Source: a virus. From it: DNA of 64,000 nucleotides. The translations under genes and the position numbers were made by a program. The notes beneath the pieces are model-generated. The model had not been told where the DNA came from. It saw only the letters and a list, made by a program, of their open reading frames with translations, and did no database searches. This document shows, one piece after another, positions 1 through 10,405 of the stretch. How positions within the stretch are numbered: the stretch's first letter is position 1; each line of letters starts with the position of its first letter. Location of the stretch: the IMG/VR virus record IMGVR_UViG_3300005805_000044; one strand, 5' to 3'.

Positions 1-2
1 TT

Positions 3-893
3 ATGTCTGATCAAGAAATAAAAAAGAATAGAGTAAGTTTTAGTCAATATTCCACGTTTTTAAAGTGTCCTCACAAGTGGTATCTTGATTATGTTAAGAA
101 TCTACGTGTTCGTGATGATAATATCAATACCACGTTTGGAACTGCCATTCATCATGTATTTCAGACGTATCTAGATACACTGTATAAAAAGAGTGTGACC
201 GAAGCAGACTCATTAAATCTTCGTCAAATGTTTATCGACAAATTTAGTGAAGAAGTGAAAAAGATCGCAACTGTAGGAGGATCATATACAGAAGAAGAAT
301 TCACCGAATTTTGTTATGATGGTGAAGATATTATTTCTACATTTTGTAAGACCGCCAATAGACTTAAACATTTTCCAGCAAAAGAATATGAACTAATTGG
401 TATTGAAATTCCTCTAGAAATTTCTATCAAAAATAATGTGGAGTTTGTTGGATTTATTGATATTGTCTTAAAAGAAGTCAATAAAGAACGATACAGAATC
501 ATTGATTTTAAGACCTCAAGTCAAGGTTGGAACAAGTATCAAAAGGCTGACGAAGCTAAATATGCTCAGTTGCATCTCTACAAGAGTGTATACAGTAAGA
601 AGTTCAATGTGCCTTTGGATGCAATTGATGTCGAATTTTTTATTGTTAAACGTAAGTTGTTAGAAAACGTTAGCTTTCCTCAAAGCAGAATTCAAGTGTT
701 TGTTCCACCACATGGATCGAATGATATCAAAGAATCCATCAATAACTTTATTGAATTCTTGGATCATGGGTTCAACCCAGATGGGTCATATAACGAAACC
801 AATCAGTATCCAAAGATTCCAGGCAATGGAAAAAAGAACTGCAAATATTGTATCCACTACAAGAAAATTTGCGATGGTAAAGCTACAAAATAA
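3..893 (+). CDS. PD-(D/E)xK nuclease (RecB/Cas4-like phage exonuclease)
   Basis: SFSQYSTFLKCP, FGTAIH, E...GFID...IIDFKTS catalytic motif, C-terminal CKYC..C Fe-S-type cysteines. Confidence 0.85.
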   Translation: MSDQEIKKNRVSFSQYSTFLKCPHKWYLDYVKNLRVRDDNINTTFGTAIHHVFQTYLDTLYKKSVTEADSLNLRQMFIDKFSEEVKKIATVGGSYTEEEFTEFCYDGEDIISTFCKTANRLKHFPAKEYELIGIEIPLEISIKNNVEFVGFIDIVLKEVNKERYRIIDFKTSSQGWNKYQKADEAKYAQLHLYKSVYSKKFNVPLDAIDVEFFIVKRKLLENVSFPQSRIQVFVPPHGSNDIKESINNFIEFLDHGFNPDGSYNETNQYPKIPGNGKKNCKYCIHYKKICDGKATK

Positions 894-942
894 AATATAA
901 CATTTGTTGGCATATTTACATACGTATATATGTGAATATGTT

Positions 943-1164
943 ATGGACCAATTTGTTACTACAGTAAAACTTGATAATGAGTTATATACTCAATTCAAGG
1001 AAATCAATGTGCGAGCACGTATTTCGTTTCAAGACTTTGTAAATAAATGTCTTCAAAAGTATATTGAAGATGATAGTTTTAGAAATGAAATCAGTGAAAG
1101 TGTTACACAACAATTAAGTTATAATCAACCGTTTCAATTTTCAAATCCAAAAGACAAAAAATGA
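943..1164 (+). CDS. small protein, possible ribbon-helix-helix DNA-binding protein
   Basis: ATG at 943 in frame with the ORF track; TTVKLDNELY strand followed by two helices; ATGA overlap with next gene. Confidence 0.45.
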   Translation: MDQFVTTVKLDNELYTQFKEINVRARISFQDFVNKCLQKYIEDDSFRNEISESVTQQLSYNQPFQFSNPKDKK

Positions 1165-1709
1165 ATAAGAAAAAGAAAATACTTTTGTTAAGTGACGATT
1201 TGCGAATGCATAGTGGTGTAGCTACTATGAGTCGAGAATTAGTTACAGGCACCCTTCATCATTATGATTGGGTTCAAATGGCTGGAGCAATTAAACATCC
1301 TGAACAAGGAAAAGTGGTAGACATGTGTGATGCTTCAAATCGATTGACAGGTTTAAAAGATTGTTATTTAAAACTATATCCAGTTGATGGTTATGGTAAC
1401 GAAGAAATATTATTTAATGTAATGGCCGTTGAAAAACCGGACGCTATTTTACATTTTACAGATCCAAGATTTTGGACATGGTTATACTTGATCGAACATC
1501 AATTAAGAAGCAAAATTCCATTAACATACCTTGATATTTGGGATGATCTACCATATCCAATGTGGAACAAACCATTCTACAAGAGTTGTGATGCTCTATT
1601 TGCGATTAGTAAACAAACTGATAATATTAATAAGTGGGTCTTGGGCCCAGAAAACTGCACTAGTATTCACGGAGATTTTGATAAGGAAGGAAAAATTATA
1701 TGCCAGTAA
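1161..1709 (+). CDS. GT-B (GT4-like) glycosyltransferase, N-terminal half
   Basis: KKILLLSDD..SGVA, EKPDAILHFTD, WDD.P, ISKQT: typical GT4 N-terminal Rossmann domain. Confidence 0.75.
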   Translation: MNKKKKILLLSDDLRMHSGVATMSRELVTGTLHHYDWVQMAGAIKHPEQGKVVDMCDASNRLTGLKDCYLKLYPVDGYGNEEILFNVMAVEKPDAILHFTDPRFWTWLYLIEHQLRSKIPLTYLDIWDDLPYPMWNKPFYKSCDALFAISKQTDNINKWVLGPENCTSIHGDFDKEGKIICQ

Positions 1710-2668
1710 AAGGAAAACATCTACTTCACTATGTTCCTCATGGAATAGACCAGAAACTTTTTTGTCAATTGCCTAAAGACAACAGCAATGTCAGAAAATT
1801 AAAGAAAGAATTATTTGGTGAAAATAAATATGAATTTATTGTAGGGTTTAACAGTAGAAACTCTCACAGAAAACATCCATCTAATTTAATTCTAGCTTTT
1901 AAAACATTCTGCGATCATTTATCAAAAGAAGAAGCTTCTAAATGCGCTTTATTGTTGCATACAGATAAAATTTGTGACCAAGGAACTGATCTTCTTGCCG
2001 TAATTAAAGCTATATGTCCAGATTATACAGTAGTCATTGATGATCTCCGAAGAACTCCTGATGAAATGGTTGCTTTCTATAACATCACGGATGTAGTGGC
2101 AAACGTAAGTTCTAATGAAGGATTTGGTCTTAGCATCGCAGAATCAATCATGTGTGGAACTCCTGTAATTGCAACTGTCACGGGTGGTTTACAAGATCAA
2201 CTTGGTTTGGTTGACAGCGATGGCAAGTCATATACATTTGATTTGGAATTTGGAACTAATGTTACTGGTAAATATAAGAAACATGGCAACTGGGCAAAAC
2301 CACTTTGGACTAAAATTCAAACACTACAAGGAAGTCCTCCAACCCCATATATCATGGATGATTTTGTAGATTACAAGGATATTGCTGATGCAATGATGTA
2401 TTGGTATCTTGCTGGTCCTCAAAAACGTGAACAATATGGACAAGAAGGTCGTGAATGGGCGTGTGGTGAAGGGGGAATTAACAGTAAAAACATGTGTGAT
2501 CAATTTATTAAAGGAATGGATTTTACACTTGAAAACTTTACACCACCAAAGAAGTTTGATATATTTCAATACAGTGAAAATTACAATACCAAAAATTTGC
2601 CTCAAGGAAAAGTTGGATTTGAAACACATAAAATTGATATAGAAAAAATTAAACAAGAAATACCATGA
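1700..2668 (+). CDS. GT-B (GT4-like) glycosyltransferase, C-terminal half
   Basis: YVPHGID, RN..RK, EGFGLSIAESIMCGTPVIATVTGG (EX7E donor-binding motif). Confidence 0.8.
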   Translation: MPVKGKHLLHYVPHGIDQKLFCQLPKDNSNVRKLKKELFGENKYEFIVGFNSRNSHRKHPSNLILAFKTFCDHLSKEEASKCALLLHTDKICDQGTDLLAVIKAICPDYTVVIDDLRRTPDEMVAFYNITDVVANVSSNEGFGLSIAESIMCGTPVIATVTGGLQDQLGLVDSDGKSYTFDLEFGTNVTGKYKKHGNWAKPLWTKIQTLQGSPPTPYIMDDFVDYKDIADAMMYWYLAGPQKREQYGQEGREWACGEGGINSKNMCDQFIKGMDFTLENFTPPKKFDIFQYSENYNTKNLPQGKVGFETHKIDIEKIKQEIP

Positions 2669-3231
2669 ATATTGTAAAAATGTCTAATAAAGCTCAAATA
2701 CCGTCTAAAGGTAGTAAAGGTGCGGCTGGTTATGATTTATACACCACCGAATCATATGAGTTAAAACCGGGCGAACGTAAAACATTCAAAACCGATATTA
2801 AAATAGCAATACCAGAGGGTGTTTATGGTAGAATCGCACCAAGAAGTGGTCTTGCTGTAAAACATGGTATTGATGTGTTGGCAGGCGTAATTGATAGTGA
2901 TTATACTGGTGAAATACTAGTTGCTCTTATCAACCTGGGTGATACACCAGTCCAATTACCTATTATTAAAGAAGGTAAAGAAACTGCTATAGCACAAATC
3001 ATTTTTGAAACATATACAAATTATAGGTTCAATGAAGTTGACGATTTGACTGTGACTCAACGTGGTAGTAGTGGATTTGGAAGCACAGACCAAAAAAATG
3101 AGACAATTGATTTAGCTAAAAAACAAATGAAAAGTATAGAAGAACTATATAATAATTTAGGTAATGCTCCCCAACCCCCATCAAGACGTTATGTTGATTT
3201 AATTAAAGAAAGAGAACAACAATTAGGATAA
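2665..3231 (+). CDS. dut: trimeric dUTPase
   Basis: AAGYDL, RIAPRSGLA, AGVIDSDYTGE, IAQ and RGSSGFGST motifs. Confidence 0.97.
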   Translation: MNIVKMSNKAQIPSKGSKGAAGYDLYTTESYELKPGERKTFKTDIKIAIPEGVYGRIAPRSGLAVKHGIDVLAGVIDSDYTGEILVALINLGDTPVQLPIIKEGKETAIAQIIFETYTNYRFNEVDDLTVTQRGSSGFGSTDQKNETIDLAKKQMKSIEELYNNLGNAPQPPSRRYVDLIKEREQQLG

Positions 3232-3234
3232 TTT

Positions 3235-4551
3235 ATGAGTAAACCATTATGCGTAATTTCGGGTCCAGTATTTAATCGTAGCGGATATGGAGATTGGTCA
3301 ACTGCTGTTGCCAAAAGTATAATTCGTTATGACAAATTTGATGTTAAAATTGCACCACAGAAATGGGGTAATTGTCAAAGTAAAAGATTTTCAGAAGAAA
3401 TCACCGATCCAGAGGACATAAATTTATTGAGTAAGTTTATAAACGCTCCCCTTACAAAACAACCTGATCTTTGCATTCAGTTGTCAATTCCCAATGAATT
3501 TCAAAAAATTGGAAAATATAATATTGGTATGACTGCCGGTATTGAAACGACAGTTGCATCCGGACAGTTTATCGAAGGTGTTAATAGAGTTGATTTAACA
3601 ATTGCTTTATCAAAGCATGCCAAAGATATTCTAATGAATACTAAAATGATAAAGCAATTACCAAACGGAACTAAAGAAGATATTTCTGTTAAAAAACCAA
3701 TTGAAGTATGTTTCTGGGGCGCGGATACAAATATTTTTAAAAAAACAGAAGACCGTGTATCTACCGTAGATGAAATGTTAGAAAAAATTCCGGAAGACTT
3801 TGCTTATCTATTTGTTGGTCAATGGACGCATGGTAAATTATTTGCAGACAGAAAAGATATCTGTAATCTTATTGATTCATTCTGTGAAGCATTTAACAAC
3901 AATTCTCCTACAAAACCATGTTTAATTCTTAAAACGTCGGGTGTAGGATTTTCAACAATGGATAGATTTGATACACTTAAAAATATCAATGAGATTACCT
4001 CAAAATTTAAAGGATCCGTTCCAAACATATATTTGTTACACGGAGAACTATCCGAGATAGAAATGAACGCGTTATTTAATCACCCAAAGATTAAAGCACA
4101 CGTTAGTTTCACTCATGGTGAAGGATATGGTCATCCATTATTGTTGCAATCATTAAGTGGCAAACCATTATTTGTATCAAATTGGAGTGGTCATCTTGAT
4201 TTCTTAAATCCAAAATACGCAAATCTTTTGCCAGGACAATTAGTAGACATTGATAAAAATTCGGTCAACGAGTGGTTACTCAAAGAAAGTAAATGGTTTA
4301 AGGTCTCGTATGGATTAGCTCAAAATAAACTCAAAGAATTTTTCTATCAAAAACCTAAAAAGATTGTGGAAAACGCAGAACTTCTTAGAATAGAAAACTC
4401 TGAAAAGTTTAGTATGTCTGCTATGGATAAAAGACTATGGTCAATATTGGATCAGTATGTTCCAAAATTTGCCACAGAAAATCAATTTGTTCTGCCAAAG
4501 TTAAACAAAGCTCCATCATCAGTAATTGATTTACCAACGTTGAAAATCTAA
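3235..4551 (+). CDS. GT-B glycosyltransferase
   Basis: RSGYG, FVGQW...RK, HGEGYGHPLL, NWSGHLDFL. Confidence 0.8.
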   Translation: MSKPLCVISGPVFNRSGYGDWSTAVAKSIIRYDKFDVKIAPQKWGNCQSKRFSEEITDPEDINLLSKFINAPLTKQPDLCIQLSIPNEFQKIGKYNIGMTAGIETTVASGQFIEGVNRVDLTIALSKHAKDILMNTKMIKQLPNGTKEDISVKKPIEVCFWGADTNIFKKTEDRVSTVDEMLEKIPEDFAYLFVGQWTHGKLFADRKDICNLIDSFCEAFNNNSPTKPCLILKTSGVGFSTMDRFDTLKNINEITSKFKGSVPNIYLLHGELSEIEMNALFNHPKIKAHVSFTHGEGYGHPLLLQSLSGKPLFVSNWSGHLDFLNPKYANLLPGQLVDIDKNSVNEWLLKESKWFKVSYGLAQNKLKEFFYQKPKKIVENAELLRIENSEKFSMSAMDKRLWSILDQYVPKFATENQFVLPKLNKAPSSVIDLPTLKI

Positions 4552-4554
4552 TTT

Positions 4555-5196
4555 ATGTTTTTATCATTTTTGGTTACAACACACAATGAAACAGATTGTT
4601 TAGATAAATTATTGTCTAAATTATGTAATGTCTTGAAACCAAATCAAGAGATTGTAATTGTAGATGATCATTCTACTAACCCAATCACTCTTGAAATCTT
4701 TGAAAAATATAAGAATTCAATTATTCTTCATCGACATAAGTTGGACAACAACTATGGTGCTCAAAAAAATTATGGTGTAGAAAATTGTAGAGGTGAATGG
4801 ATATTTCAAATAGATGCTGACGAATATCCAACTGATTTATTGTTGCAACATTTGTCATTAATAATTGAACAAAATAACAGTAATGATCTTATTTGGTTGC
4901 CACGTTGTAATTATTTTTTAGGTGTAACACAAAGTGATATTGATCGATGGGGATGGCAATACAGAGACAATATGGTAAATTTCCCAGATTACCAAGCACG
5001 TTTATTTCGTAACAAACCATTCATACGTTACAAAAAAAGATTGCATGAACGTGTTGATGGTTATGAAAGTTATACATTAATTCCTCCTCAAAAAGATTAT
5101 GCTATAATTCACGAAAAGACTATTGAGAAACAACGTGAATCAAACGAGAGATACAACAAACATTTCACTGTGGAAGAAAATATGGGAATGTCATGA
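4555..5196 (+). CDS. GT2 glycosyltransferase
   Basis: TTHNE, IVIVDDHS, QKNYG, IDADE (DxD), LHE. Confidence 0.9.
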   Translation: MFLSFLVTTHNETDCLDKLLSKLCNVLKPNQEIVIVDDHSTNPITLEIFEKYKNSIILHRHKLDNNYGAQKNYGVENCRGEWIFQIDADEYPTDLLLQHLSLIIEQNNSNDLIWLPRCNYFLGVTQSDIDRWGWQYRDNMVNFPDYQARLFRNKPFIRYKKRLHERVDGYESYTLIPPQKDYAIIHEKTIEKQRESNERYNKHFTVEENMGMS

Positions 5197-6158
5197 AAAC
5201 ATGTTTTATTAGTCCAATTAATATTGTAGGTAAAGTTCCAAGAACATTCAAAAACATGAGTGTGGTTGTATCTTGGCCTACTTCCTCTGAATCAGATATA
5301 TTGCCGATTTATTCTGTTGCTTCCGCACCCGTTGATAGTTTAAAACAAGAATATGATTTGGGAGTAATAATACTTCCTAAAAATCTCAAAGACCTTAACC
5401 TTGATACACTTTTAATAAATGCTAAAAAGTTGTGTAGAAAAATAGGTGTAATGCAAGAAGGTAGTCATTGGTATTATCAAGACTACAATTATGTCGATCA
5501 AATTCGTTATTTGAATTTCTTAGGATCTATGGATGTAATGTTTGCTCATAATAAAACAGACGTTCCGTATTTTCGTGGTATGTTTAAAAAACCAACGTAT
5601 ACTCTTCAAACATTGATTGTAGATGATGGTATAAAAGAACGAAATGTAACTCCATCACGAAATGGTGAACCTATTATTGGTGGTAATTTTTGTAGTTGGT
5701 ATAGTGGAATGGATAGTTACTTTGTGGCTAGAAATTTTAACAAACCAATTTGGATTCCAAGTATGGGTCGAAAGATAGAAAATGAAGAACTCATTCCAAA
5801 CTTGAATCACTTACCATTTTTAGAATGGATTGATTGGATGGAACAATTGTCTAGATTCAGTTATGGTATTCATTTGATGAGACCCAGAGTTGCAGGAACG
5901 TTTGCATTGAACTGTTCTTATTGGGGTATTCCATGTATTGGTTATAAAGGATTGGATACACAAGACATACTTCATCCATCATTGAGTGTAGAAGTTGGAG
6001 ATATTGAATCCGCCAACGCATTGGCAATACGTCTACGTGATGACAAAGACTTTTATGATGAGTGTGTGAATACAACCACAACAAATTATGATAAATATTA
6101 CAAAGAATCTGTTTGGTTGGAAAAGTGGAAAGAGATGTGTGAAGATATACTCAAATGA
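5193..6158 (+). CDS. putative GT-B glycosyltransferase
   Basis: C-terminal AGTFALNCSYWGIPCIG and helical tail like GT-B; position inside the GT cluster. Confidence 0.55.
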   Translation: MKTCFISPINIVGKVPRTFKNMSVVVSWPTSSESDILPIYSVASAPVDSLKQEYDLGVIILPKNLKDLNLDTLLINAKKLCRKIGVMQEGSHWYYQDYNYVDQIRYLNFLGSMDVMFAHNKTDVPYFRGMFKKPTYTLQTLIVDDGIKERNVTPSRNGEPIIGGNFCSWYSGMDSYFVARNFNKPIWIPSMGRKIENEELIPNLNHLPFLEWIDWMEQLSRFSYGIHLMRPRVAGTFALNCSYWGIPCIGYKGLDTQDILHPSLSVEVGDIESANALAIRLRDDKDFYDECVNTTTTNYDKYYKESVWLEKWKEMCEDILK

Positions 6159-7057
6159 ACAGACCCATTTCGAAAAAAGTATTTTGGCGATTGTGTGATA
6201 ACAAACGTTTTGGTATATACGAATGTGATCACTTAGGTTTTCCAGCAAATGATCCACGTTATATTCCAGACGAATATTTAAATTCAAAAAACTTCTTGTT
6301 GTTCAGAACATGTTTTGCTATTGGAGACTGTGGAATCATATCTGCAATGCCAAGAAAGTTGAAAGAAAAATATCCAGATTGTAAAATATATCTACCATCA
6401 GAAAAATTACAATACAATATGTTTTCCGATATGATCAATCCCAACGAAATTACAAACAGACCATTTAGAATGTGTAGGGAGATATTTGACAATAATCCTT
6501 ACGTTGATGGATTTGTTGATAGTTTTTCTGGAGAAGTATATCACGATCATTATAGAATATATGATCACACTAATATTGATCCCAGAACCAAAGCAACTCA
6601 ACCGCTCATAAAACAACTGTTAAAGTTTTGGCAGTTCAAAGATAACGAGTTAGACAATGTTTTACCAGAATTATACTTTAGTAAGGCTGAAATTGACTTG
6701 GGTGATAAAATCATAAACGCATATACAGGAAACAAACCATTTGGAACATTACTGTTATCTTTAAAATATGATTTCAAGTCTGATGAGAAGTTGTTAAAAG
6801 CTATAGCAGATCATGATTTACCATATTATTACTGGTCATCAAAACCAATTGAGAAGACCAACTTTAATTCTATAAATAAGGTATTAGATATCAGCATGCT
6901 TCCGCTTAGAATTCAATTTTATATCAAAACTAAAGCATCTGTAAATATTGGAAGTCAAGCAGGTATGAACGATACTGTTGCTAGATATGCAAAACAAATT
7001 ACTGTTCAAATCAATCCATTATATAGTAATGTTGTTGAAACAATAGAATACATCTAA
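6155..7057 (+). CDS. GT9-like (heptosyltransferase-like) glycosyltransferase
   Basis: AIGD..IISAMPRKLKEKYPDCKI, IFDNNPYVD, PELYFS, IGSQAG. Confidence 0.65.
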   Translation: MNRPISKKVFWRLCDNKRFGIYECDHLGFPANDPRYIPDEYLNSKNFLLFRTCFAIGDCGIISAMPRKLKEKYPDCKIYLPSEKLQYNMFSDMINPNEITNRPFRMCREIFDNNPYVDGFVDSFSGEVYHDHYRIYDHTNIDPRTKATQPLIKQLLKFWQFKDNELDNVLPELYFSKAEIDLGDKIINAYTGNKPFGTLLLSLKYDFKSDEKLLKAIADHDLPYYYWSSKPIEKTNFNSINKVLDISMLPLRIQFYIKTKASVNIGSQAGMNDTVARYAKQITVQINPLYSNVVETIEYI

Positions 7058-7082
7058 CATTATAATAATCTATATATCTAAT

Positions 7083-8285
7083 ATGAAAATTAGTTTTATC
7101 ATTCCATCCCGTAACAATTTAAAATATCTTCAGTGGGGATACACTGCCTTAAGAAAAAATTTGAGTCACAAAGAACACGAAATATGTGTAGCTGATGATT
7201 TTAGCAATGATGGAACTTTAGAATGGTGTAAACAAACGGCAGATCAAGATCCCAATTTTAAATATATTCGAAACGACGGGCCAACCAGATTGGGTCATAC
7301 AATCCTATATGATCGCTTAATTAACGAAGTTGCTACAAATGATGTAGTGATGATTTATCACGCCGACATGTATGCGTGCCCAAATTTTGATAAATATGTT
7401 GAAAAATATATTAGCCCGGGCACCGTTGTTAGTTTAACCAGAATTGAACCTCCATTACATCCTCCAGGGCCAGAAAAGATTGTGATGGACTTTGGAACTG
7501 AACCAGAGTTGTTTAAAGAACCAGAGTTTTTAAAATGGTTTAATGATTCTAAAATCAATCGTAGAGAAAAAACTACTGAGGGTATATTTGCTCCTTGGGC
7601 ATTATATAAAAAAGACTTTCAGTCAATTAGTGGTCATGACAATCTTTATGCTCCACAAAGTAAAGAAGATAGTGATATATTCAACCGTTTTCAATTAAAT
7701 GGTTATAAGTTTGTTCAGACTTGGGAAGGATGTGTATACCATATGACTTGTAGAGGTAGTAGATATAATCCAACTATTACCACTGTAGGTAAAGAAAGTG
7801 ATGAATGGTTAGCACAAAATAATCGTAGTGCCAGAAACTTTATTCGCAAATGGGGTCACTTTGTTAAACATAATGATACAATGAAACCTATTGTTCCAAA
7901 ACGATATGATGTTGGATTTGTTGTAATCAATTGTGATGAATATAGATTAACATTACTAGAACCTTGGTGTGATACAATCTATACAGATGTTCCATATGAT
8001 CGGTATATTAATGCAGAACAGAAAAATACAAAGTTTAATCTTAAGAAAAAACTTAAACGTTATGAAGATCAAAAAATAAATGATATTATTGTTGAATTTG
8101 ATGCAACCAAAGTAACAAATAATTCATTTGAATTTTTCAATATATTACAACTGATGGTTGAAGACAGTGGCACAGTTGGTGATATGGAATACGATATATT
8201 TAAATTAAAAATTAAAAATTTAACTGATTATAGTAAGAAATTGATAGATATAAATGATACGTGGTATACAGATAAATTGTTATGA
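7083..8285 (+). CDS. GT2 glycosyltransferase
   Basis: ISFIIPSRN, VADDFSNDGT, HADM, EDSD, VYH motifs. Confidence 0.9.
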   Translation: MKISFIIPSRNNLKYLQWGYTALRKNLSHKEHEICVADDFSNDGTLEWCKQTADQDPNFKYIRNDGPTRLGHTILYDRLINEVATNDVVMIYHADMYACPNFDKYVEKYISPGTVVSLTRIEPPLHPPGPEKIVMDFGTEPELFKEPEFLKWFNDSKINRREKTTEGIFAPWALYKKDFQSISGHDNLYAPQSKEDSDIFNRFQLNGYKFVQTWEGCVYHMTCRGSRYNPTITTVGKESDEWLAQNNRSARNFIRKWGHFVKHNDTMKPIVPKRYDVGFVVINCDEYRLTLLEPWCDTIYTDVPYDRYINAEQKNTKFNLKKKLKRYEDQKINDIIVEFDATKVTNNSFEFFNILQLMVEDSGTVGDMEYDIFKLKIKNLTDYSKKLIDINDTWYTDKLL

Positions 8286-9085
8286 GAAAAGTTAAAATAG
8301 GAATTGTAGGTTATGGATATGTAGGAAAAGCATTTGATGCGTTTTTCAAGACACACTATGATGTGGTTATACATGATCCATTCTATAAAGATCTAAGTGT
8401 AACAAAAGAAGAAATCAACGCATGTGATATTGCTGTTGTATGTGTTCCTACACCATCAAATGAAGATGGTAGTTGTAATACAAACTTAGTAGAAGAAACT
8501 GTTGCATGGCTGAATACGCCTATTATTTTGATTAAATCGACAATCGAAGTGGGGACCACCAAGAAATTGATTGAAAAATACAAGAAAAATATTGTATTCA
8601 GTCCAGAGTTTGCTGGCGAATCTAAATATTGGACACCCAATGGTTTTACAACTGATGTCAAACAGACTCCGTTCTTCATCTTTGGCGCCGAAGACAAACA
8701 GTTGGGTTATAAATTGATTGAACTCTATATGCCAATTACTGGTCCAAGCAAAACATATCGTGTTACAGATACGGTGAGCGCAGAACTTGCCAAGTATGTT
8801 ACCAACACTTATTTAGCATTAAAAGTTGGATTTGTAAATGAAATGTATGATTTGTGTGAAAAGAGCGGCACCAGTTGGAATGAAGTAAGAGATCTTTGGT
8901 TGTTGGATCCAAGAACAAACAAATCTCATACAGCTGTATTTGTCAACGAACGTGGATTTGGAGGTAAATGTTTACCAAAAGATACAAAAGCATTGGTGCA
9001 ATATGCTAATAAGATTTATATCAATTTACGTATATTAAAATCGGTGTTATCTAGTAATGAAATTCAACTCAAAAAAAACTTATGA
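8282..9085 (+). CDS. UDP-glucose/GDP-mannose dehydrogenase family (short form lacking the C-terminal domain)
   Basis: GYGYVG, VCVPTP, IKST, FSPEF, AELAKY..N, GFGGKCLPKD catalytic Cys. Confidence 0.9.
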   Translation: MRKVKIGIVGYGYVGKAFDAFFKTHYDVVIHDPFYKDLSVTKEEINACDIAVVCVPTPSNEDGSCNTNLVEETVAWLNTPIILIKSTIEVGTTKKLIEKYKKNIVFSPEFAGESKYWTPNGFTTDVKQTPFFIFGAEDKQLGYKLIELYMPITGPSKTYRVTDTVSAELAKYVTNTYLALKVGFVNEMYDLCEKSGTSWNEVRDLWLLDPRTNKSHTAVFVNERGFGGKCLPKDTKALVQYANKIYINLRILKSVLSSNEIQLKKNL

Positions 9086-9459
9086 ATCTAACAGACTATA
9101 ATATTCCCCTAATTTGTTTTGTTTCATTTTTATTAGTAGTGTGGTTTGAAAGCGATATTATTCAAACCATTTCTAAATTGACTGGAACAAGATCTTGGTT
9201 TCGTATACCAGAATTTGAAAAATATAAAATAGAAACTGACGCTATGGCCAGTTATTCAAACTTTTTGTATGAAGTATATCCTGGTTATATTACAAAGCTA
9301 TTAAGTTGTCCTATTTGTTTATGTTTTTGGTCAACATTAATTTCTACCAATACATTGATTTATAGTATAAATTATCCTCAACTATTTGTTGTTTTTTTGT
9401 TTCCAGTAAACTATATTTGTAGTTTGCTATTGTATTTATTAATTAAAAAGTTATTATGA
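9082..9459 (+). CDS. membrane protein with CxxC (DUF1360-like)
   Basis: three hydrophobic segments; LLSCPICLCFW. Confidence 0.5.
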   Translation: MNLTDYNIPLICFVSFLLVVWFESDIIQTISKLTGTRSWFRIPEFEKYKIETDAMASYSNFLYEVYPGYITKLLSCPICLCFWSTLISTNTLIYSINYPQLFVVFLFPVNYICSLLLYLLIKKLL

Positions 9460-9737
9460 TTATAAGCGACTATCAATCATTTTATAATTTAGTTAAAAAC
9501 GACAATCCTTATGTTGGTAATTTGTTGGGAAATTGTATTACTGTTTTAAACAAAATTTGTTCGTGTAATAAAACAAGAAAATCAACTAAAGCAGAAGAAT
9601 GTAATAAAATTTATATAGATTATATTCAATCAAATGGTGATGGTTTAATTGAATACTTCAGAACAAAAACAAATGATGCGGAAGTGATATTTAATCACAA
9701 CACGCATCATCTCATTCTAAAGTTAAAATTAAGATAA
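9456..9737 (+). CDS. hypothetical protein
   Basis: ATGA coupling with upstream gene; Cys-containing. Confidence 0.6.
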   Translation: MIISDYQSFYNLVKNDNPYVGNLLGNCITVLNKICSCNKTRKSTKAEECNKIYIDYIQSNGDGLIEYFRTKTNDAEVIFNHNTHHLILKLKLR

Positions 9738-10400
9738 TATATTTTTTTTGGCAATCAAACCAATTGAAGTCAATGCTTTTTTAACTTCATCTCTAATATA
9801 TGTGCATTCAAGTAGTTCTTCTTTGGTTTTGTATCTACTAGACATATCTTCCCACTCAAAAGAATAATCAGACCGTTTCTTTACCTTTGGATCATTAAAT
9901 AATTCGTGTTCATTAGGAGCTGCTTCATAAATCTTGACAGGTTTAGCCGTTGTAACTCTTCGTTTTGAAGGTGCCTGACTCAATTGATATCGCGTTACAT
10001 GAATTAACTTACCTGCTTGTTTGTATTGTAACCACGTGCATTCGTCTTCTGGATACACATCATATCGAATATCAGTGATAAAAAAGATATCTGCTTTTGA
10101 CTTAGCAACGTGTTTTTCCATCTTTTGTGTCCAATATTTGCCCGCACTTGTCTTTCTCATTACATCTCCATATGCGACCAACAACGGTCGAATTATGTTT
10201 TTAAGAGCAGTATCTTCGGTAAATACGTCGATACCAGTTTTATTATGAATCAATTCTTGGAGATCACTCTTGAGTTCGTAAGCAAGTGCTCTACGTTCGG
10301 TTTTTAATTTGTATTCTTTTTCTAGAATGTCTTGTGCTACTGTTGTAAACAAATCTTTACCACTTCTTGCAATTCCAGATATACCTATAACTTTTGCCAT
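9729..10400 (-). CDS. deoxynucleoside monophosphate kinase (T4 gp1-like)
   Basis: IGISGIARSGKD P-loop, RPLLVAYG, ITDIRY..E. Confidence 0.8.
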   Translation of the reverse strand: MAKVIGISGIARSGKDLFTTVAQDILEKEYKLKTERRALAYELKSDLQELIHNKTGIDVFTEDTALKNIIRPLLVAYGDVMRKTSAGKYWTQKMEKHVAKSKADIFFITDIRYDVYPEDECTWLQYKQAGKLIHVTRYQLSQAPSKRRVTTAKPVKIYEAAPNEHELFNDPKVKKRSDYSFEWEDMSSRYKTKEELLECTYIRDEVKKALTSIGLIAKKNILS

Positions 10401-10405
10401 ATTAT

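Noticed and set aside
3-893. Cas4 / CRISPR-Cas locus
   Set aside because: Cas4-like Cys pattern, but no cas1/cas2 or array in the window; stand-alone PD-(D/E)xK nucleases are common in phages.
1161-9085. Host LPS/capsule locus misassembled into the contig
   Set aside because: AT content looks the same as the flanks, genes are overlap-coupled with phage-type dUTPase and nuclease genes, and there are no wzx/wzy/transporter genes.
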